From positions 128,001 to 192,000 of the forward strand of contig CBDCCS010000022.1 in NCBI GenBank assembly GCA_965214935.1: 64,000 nucleotides of DNA, given 5' to 3'. Source of the DNA: Candidatus Velthaea sp. (GTDB lineage: Bacteria; Vulcanimicrobiota; Vulcanimicrobiia; Vulcanimicrobiales; Vulcanimicrobiaceae). Below the pieces are notes generated by a model, which was not told where the DNA came from, ran no database searches, and worked only from the letters and a program-made list of their open reading frames with translations. A program made the translations under genes and the position numbers. Of this stretch, positions 59,176 to 64,000 are shown piece by piece (position 1 is the stretch's first letter; each line of letters opens with the position of its first letter).

Positions 59176-61659
59176 ATGCTGCTCAGACGCCGTTACGTCA
59201 TGTTTGCCTTTCTTATGGCCTTGTCGGCGTGTAGCGGCGGCGGATCCTCGTTACCGGGCATCCCGGCCTCGTCGCGGCAACCGGCAACGGCGCCGCAAAG
59301 CGTTCAGCTCTCGATTCTCATTCCGGCGATGAGTGCGGCTGCGAACCGTTTGCGGCGTCCGGCATACATTTCGGCCAGCACGCAGTCTGCGGTCGTTTCG
59401 GTGAACGGCGGTACGGGCGTCATTCTCAATCTCGCCGCGAACGCGCCGGGATGTTCGGGATCCGCGGCCGGCCGCACGTGTACGCTGAGCGTGGCTGCTC
59501 CCAGCGGCCCCGATACGTTCGGCATCAAGCTGTTTCAAACCACCAACGGCAGCGGACCGGTGCTCTCGCAGGGGACAGCTTCGGCGACCATCGTGACGGC
59601 ACAGAATAACATCGTCCGCTTGACGCTCGACGGCGTCGTAGCCTCGGTCGCTCTGACGTTAGCGAACTCGCCGATAGCGACGCAAGGCACGAAATCGACG
59701 ATCGGCCTGACCGTTAACGTCAAGGACGCGGCCGGCAACATCATCGTCGGACCCGACCCTTACTCGTTTCCCATCACGCTGACTGACTCGGACTCAACGA
59801 CGACGAGTATCTCGACAACATCGTTACAGTCACCGGCCGACGCCGCGAATATTACCGTCGATTACGACGGCGGCGCTCTTTCCCCATCGGCAACGTTCAG
59901 CGCGACGGGCAGCGGCCTCAATGCCGGCGCGGTCACGACGGCAGCGTTGACTCCGCAGGTTCCCAACACGACCGTCACGTTCAATGACTACACGACGTAC
60001 GGCTTTGATAACCAGCGGACGCTCTTCAACCCCAACTCGACGGCGATCACGCCTTCGACATTGCCGAATCTTCACATCGCTTGGCAGACTGCGCTGGGCG
60101 CTCCGAGCAGCGGCGACTACAACACGCAAACGCAGCCGGTTATCGCGACGAACATCCCCGGGTACACCGCCGTCATTTTCGTCGGCGGCAGCGGTAGCGG
60201 CAAGGTGTACGCGTACGATGCATTAACCGGCAAAGCTATTTGGAGCCGCTCGCTGGGCGTCGAGCAGTACACCTGCGCGGCAAGTCAGATTCCAACGAAC
60301 TTCGGGGTCGGCGGAACGGTTGCATACGACCCGTCGTCACGCTCGCTCTACGTCGTGGGCAATCGCAACTCAGTCAACAATGGACCGGCGCAAAATACGC
60401 TGTTCCATATCGACGGCGCCAGCGGGACGGTCTTGGGACAGGTCGACTTTGCACCGAATCCGATCGGTCCCAGCGAGCTTAATTTCTCGCACGTTTCAGT
60501 GACGCTTGCCGGCAGCGTGGCCTATGTCGGAACTGCGGCGACGTGCGATATCTCATCGTGGCGCGGACGAGTTGTCGCAATCAACGTTCCGACGATGTCG
60601 ATTGCCAACACGCTCTTTACCGTATGGAACCCGACCACGAATTGGGGCGGCGGCGGTGTTTGGGGCTGGGGCGGCGTTTCGATCGATACCAACGGCACCG
60701 TCTTCACCGGCGTCGGTAACACCGATAACGGCACGACCACGCGCGGTACGATTTCGGCGCCGTTTCAAGTCGCGCCGTCGGAAGAATCCGGTAACGGCGA
60801 CTCATTCATGGCGATCTCGAGCGATCTTGCCACCATCTACCAAACGAATCACCCGATCCCGAACACGATCTTCGGCGGACAAGCCGCCGACCTCGACATC
60901 AATGGGACGCCGGCTATCTTCAAGCCGAGCGGTGTCGGCTGCGACACGCTTGCAGCAGTTCAAGGCAAGTCGGGCTCACTCTACATGTATGACACGACGA
61001 ATATTTCGGCTGGACCGATCAGCCAATATCAGCTCTCGCCGCCGACGTACAACGATCCGTTCCTGGGCGGCCCGGCATACTCGCCGGTGACGAATCGACT
61101 ATACACGCCGATTCCGTCGAGTCAGGGAACGCTGTTTCCCCAAGGCATGATGGCAATCGATCCGGGTTGCGGCTCGCCGTCGGTTGCCTGGCACACGCAG
61201 TTCGGACCGGACTCCGTCAATAACTCCGATACGACCCGCTCCGCTCCGGCAGTCAGCGCCGGCGGTGTGGTTTTCGTCGGGACGCCCTGCATGCCCGACG
61301 GCGTCGGCGGTTGCAAAGGCGACATCTCGCAAACGGCAATCGCTCGTTCGACAAGCAGCTCGATCCGGAAACCGGCACTATGCTGCGGCCCGCCGCCGTC
61401 CGGTCTCGGCGGCGCAGTATGGGCACTCGACGCGGCCACGGGCGCGATCCTTAACAGCGGGATGCCGCTGTTCACCACCCCGGGCACCTTGCGGATGCCG
61501 CCGACCATCGATGGAAACTGGGTTTTCGTTCTCGATAATGCGGGCGATATGTACGGCCTGACGCTCGATCCGAAGTATGCCTCGATTCAAGCCGTATCGC
61601 GCCAAGTCGATGCACGTTCGCGTACAAAATGGGAGCTCGAACCGACCGGCAGTCACTAG
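59176..61659 (+). CDS. large lipoprotein with Ig-like N-terminal region and PQQ-like beta-propeller
   Basis: Lipobox LSAC; Ser/Thr-rich; TYGFDNQRT, VYAYDALTGKAIW, GGGVWGWGG, VWALDAATG blade motifs. Confidence 0.75.
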   Translation: MLLRRRYVMFAFLMALSACSGGGSSLPGIPASSRQPATAPQSVQLSILIPAMSAAANRLRRPAYISASTQSAVVSVNGGTGVILNLAANAPGCSGSAAGRTCTLSVAAPSGPDTFGIKLFQTTNGSGPVLSQGTASATIVTAQNNIVRLTLDGVVASVALTLANSPIATQGTKSTIGLTVNVKDAAGNIIVGPDPYSFPITLTDSDSTTTSISTTSLQSPADAANITVDYDGGALSPSATFSATGSGLNAGAVTTAALTPQVPNTTVTFNDYTTYGFDNQRTLFNPNSTAITPSTLPNLHIAWQTALGAPSSGDYNTQTQPVIATNIPGYTAVIFVGGSGSGKVYAYDALTGKAIWSRSLGVEQYTCAASQIPTNFGVGGTVAYDPSSRSLYVVGNRNSVNNGPAQNTLFHIDGASGTVLGQVDFAPNPIGPSELNFSHVSVTLAGSVAYVGTAATCDISSWRGRVVAINVPTMSIANTLFTVWNPTTNWGGGGVWGWGGVSIDTNGTVFTGVGNTDNGTTTRGTISAPFQVAPSEESGNGDSFMAISSDLATIYQTNHPIPNTIFGGQAADLDINGTPAIFKPSGVGCDTLAAVQGKSGSLYMYDTTNISAGPISQYQLSPPTYNDPFLGGPAYSPVTNRLYTPIPSSQGTLFPQGMMAIDPGCGSPSVAWHTQFGPDSVNNSDTTRSAPAVSAGGVVFVGTPCMPDGVGGCKGDISQTAIARSTSSSIRKPALCCGPPPSGLGGAVWALDAATGAILNSGMPLFTTPGTLRMPPTIDGNWVFVLDNAGDMYGLTLDPKYASIQAVSRQVDARSRTKWELEPTGSH

Positions 61660-61729
61660 CATCGATCACCCGCTTTGTAAAAAGCGGGGGGTCTTCAATT
61701 GCTCGGCGGGCGGCCGATACTTGAATGAG

Positions 61730-62305
61730 ATGGAATTACAAGCGAGCGTTTCCACGGAGCTTAGCGGCACGCTCTGTTGCACGCTTATCGACCGGCGCTC
61801 GAGTATTCCGCTCGATTGTGCGCGCATAACCTGTGTTTGGCGCGACAACCGGGTGACCCAGCACGACGCGGACCGCTCGGGCCGCTTTTCCACGCGAATG
61901 CCGCAAGGCGTCTACGACTTAGTCGTCTCGGCGCGCGGCTATCTCTCGCTGCTCATTCGCGGCGTCGGCGTATTGGGCGGCCACCAGCAAGTCGTCACCC
62001 GGGCGCTTATTCCGGGCGAGGGCAACACGCCTGAAGGCGAGCCGGCAACGGCATTGGGCGGCTATATCACGAATCGTTTCGGGCGAAGCGTGAGCAGCTT
62101 GACGGTACGCTTAACGGCCGAACGAGGCGATACCGCCTTCACGACACGGACCGACCGGGACGGCGCATTTCTCTTTCACGGCGTCGTTCCCCAGATGTAC
62201 GACCTCGACATATCATCGTCCGAACGCCGCTTAGCGCGCGAGCATATTCCGATTGGCGGAGCACGCGATTTCGTTCGCTACGACTTGCGGATCATGCAAG
62301 CATAA
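61730..62305 (+). CDS. protein with two carboxypeptidase-regulatory-like (transthyretin-like) domains
   Basis: DADRSGRF...PQGVYDLVVSARGY and TRTDRDGAFLFHGVVPQMYDL. Confidence 0.65.
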   Translation: MELQASVSTELSGTLCCTLIDRRSSIPLDCARITCVWRDNRVTQHDADRSGRFSTRMPQGVYDLVVSARGYLSLLIRGVGVLGGHQQVVTRALIPGEGNTPEGEPATALGGYITNRFGRSVSSLTVRLTAERGDTAFTTRTDRDGAFLFHGVVPQMYDLDISSSERRLAREHIPIGGARDFVRYDLRIMQA

Positions 62306-62320
62306 CGCGGAACGAATGCG

Positions 62321-63106
62321 CTAACCGAAGCGGCCGGTGATATAGTCTTCCGTGCGCTTCTCCTTGGGCCGGGTGAAGATGTTCGTCGTCGTGCCCACTT
62401 CGACGATTTCCCCGAGATGAAAGAAGGCCGTATATTCCGAGATACGCGCGGCCTGCTGCATCGAGTGCGTGACGATAACGACGCTGTACTCTTTGCGAAG
62501 TTCACCGATGAGGTCTTCGATTTTTGACGTCGCGATCGGGTCGAGCGCCGATGCCGGTTCGTCCATGAGAATGACTTCGGGTTCAACGGCTAGCACGCGC
62601 GCGATACACATACGCTGCTGCTGCCCGCCCGAAAGGTCGAGTGCCGAGCGGTACAAACGATCTTTGACTTCATCCCACAGCGCGGCTTGACGCAGCGACT
62701 TCTCGACGATCGCATCGAGTGTCGCCCGGTTGCGTTCGCCGTGAATCTTCGGGCCGTATGCGACGTTCTCATAGATTGTTTTTGGGAACGGATTCGGCCG
62801 CTGGAACACCATTCCGATTCGGTGCCGGATGACGACCGGATCGGCTTCAGCGGCGTAAATATCCTGACCGTCCAGCATGACCGAACCTTCGACGCGCGCG
62901 CCCGGCGTGAGGTCGTGCATGCGATTGAGCGCGCGCAGAAACGTCGACTTACCGCAACCCGACGGCCCGATGAGCGCCGTCACCGTATGACCGGCCATTT
63001 TCAGGTTCGCGTCTTTGATTGCTTGAAAGGCGCCATAGAAAACATTGACGTGCGCTGCCGTTAACTTATCGCGCGTATTGACCGAGGCAGGCGTCGCTTC
63101 AATCAT
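62321..63106 (-). CDS. pstB: phosphate ABC transporter ATP-binding protein
   Basis: [58 protein letters not shown] motifs. Confidence 0.97.
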   Translation of the reverse strand: MIEATPASVNTRDKLTAAHVNVFYGAFQAIKDANLKMAGHTVTALIGPSGCGKSTFLRALNRMHDLTPGARVEGSVMLDGQDIYAAEADPVVIRHRIGMVFQRPNPFPKTIYENVAYGPKIHGERNRATLDAIVEKSLRQAALWDEVKDRLYRSALDLSGGQQQRMCIARVLAVEPEVILMDEPASALDPIATSKIEDLIGELRKEYSVVIVTHSMQQAARISEYTAFFHLGEIVEVGTTTNIFTRPKEKRTEDYITGRFG

Positions 63107-64000
63107 GAGGATCTCCCGGTGAAACGTTTCGTGAGCGCACTGCCGGCAACGCGCGCGCTAATATTAAAAGCGAGCACCATAATGAGTAACACGAGAGCAG
63201 AACCGTTACCGACGCGCGCAACATCGGGGATGACGGATTCGGAATGCGTGTACCACAGGTGAATCGCGAGCGTCTCGGCGGAGCGAAATGGGTTTAACTC
63301 GTACGGGTGATTTGCGCTTACCGAAAGGCCCGCGGTAAAGATAAGCGCGGCGGTTTCACCGAAAATTCGGCCGGCGATCAAGACGATACCGGTCGTTAAA
63401 CGGCCGATCGCACTGGGCAGCACCGTTCGCAAGATCGTCTGCCACTTGGTCGCTCCCAGACCCATCGATGCTTCGCGCAACGTATCGGGCACCGATGCGA
63501 GCGCTTCTTGCGTCACCCGCATGAGCGCCGGCAAATTGAGCAGCGTGAGGGTCAATGCGCCGCCGAGCGCGGTGAAGCCCCAGTGAAAGTAAAATACGAA
63601 GATCAATAAGCCGAACAATCCCATTACGATTGACGGTACCGTCGCCAGCGATTCAGCGCTGAACTGCACGATCGAACGAAAAGCTCCGGGCCGCGCATAC
63701 TCTTGCAGATAAATACCTGCGGCAAGCGCAATGGGCACGGTAAAAACCAGGGTGAGCGCAAGAATATAAAACGAATTATAGATTTCCGGTCCGATGCCGC
63801 CGCCGGCATCCTGACTCGGCGAACCGGTCAAAAATTGCCAGCTCAGCGCGCCGAAGCCGAGATAGAATAAGTAACCGATAAAAGCCGCGAGCATGAACAC
63901 GATACTCAGTGCCATCAACCATAAAACAACGGTCGCCGCAATATCGGCGATGCGCCGGGCGCGTACGCGATTGGTCGAGACCAGCCGGCGAGCACGCTCG
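63103..64000 (-). CDS. pstA: phosphate ABC transporter permease (5' end at or beyond window edge)
   Basis: [38 protein letters not shown] motifs; frame open to the edge. Confidence 0.93.
   Translation of the reverse strand, partial: ERARRLVSTNRVRARRIADIAATVVLWLMALSIVFMLAAFIGYLFYLGFGALSWQFLTGSPSQDAGGGIGPEIYNSFYILALTLVFTVPIALAAGIYLQEYARPGAFRSIVQFSAESLATVPSIVMGLFGLLIFVFYFHWGFTALGGALTLTLLNLPALMRVTQEALASVPDTLREASMGLGATKWQTILRTVLPSAIGRLTTGIVLIAGRIFGETAALIFTAGLSVSANHPYELNPFRSAETLAIHLWYTHSESVIPDVARVGNGSALVLLIMVLAFNISARVAGSALTKRFTGRSS

Overview
This is a GC-rich (roughly 60-65% by eye) bacterial chromosomal window, mostly housekeeping and accessory genes. The protein repertoire suggests a diderm Terrabacteria lineage such as Ca. 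Eremiobacterota/Vulcanimicrobiota; that is an unverified inference. Contents: yciH, ahcY-metK, a sugar/polyol ABC system with an SDR, ymdB-PHP, an Nramp-like transporter, an ECF sigma/anti-sigma/RseB module, etfBA, aqpZ, an accD-accA-ftsB-rpiR-ppx-tRNA-Leu operon, CIRCE-hrcA-dnaJ, acs-bluB, a DesKR-like system with ABC exporter, add-mntR-rhomboid-dinG, tRNA-fMet and pstAB. Highlights: (1) a Cyc2-like cytochrome-porin carrying an extra C-terminal monoheme cytochrome c domain (6822-8312); (2) a 263-nt group I (IC3-like) intron in the anticodon of tRNA-Leu(UAA), at the cyanobacterial/plastid U34 position (30490-30752); (3) an integrase-less ~0.77 kb GNAT islet bounded by a duplicated tRNA-fMet 3' end; (4) three conserved genes whose N-terminal family motifs lie upstream of any ATG/GTG/TTG; (5) a carotenoid oxygenase coupled to dnaJ in a CIRCE/HrcA operon; (6) a degenerate ABC-ATPase-like protein. 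No CRISPR array, rRNA, transposase or integrase was seen. All calls come from motif recognition by eye; no database searches were run.
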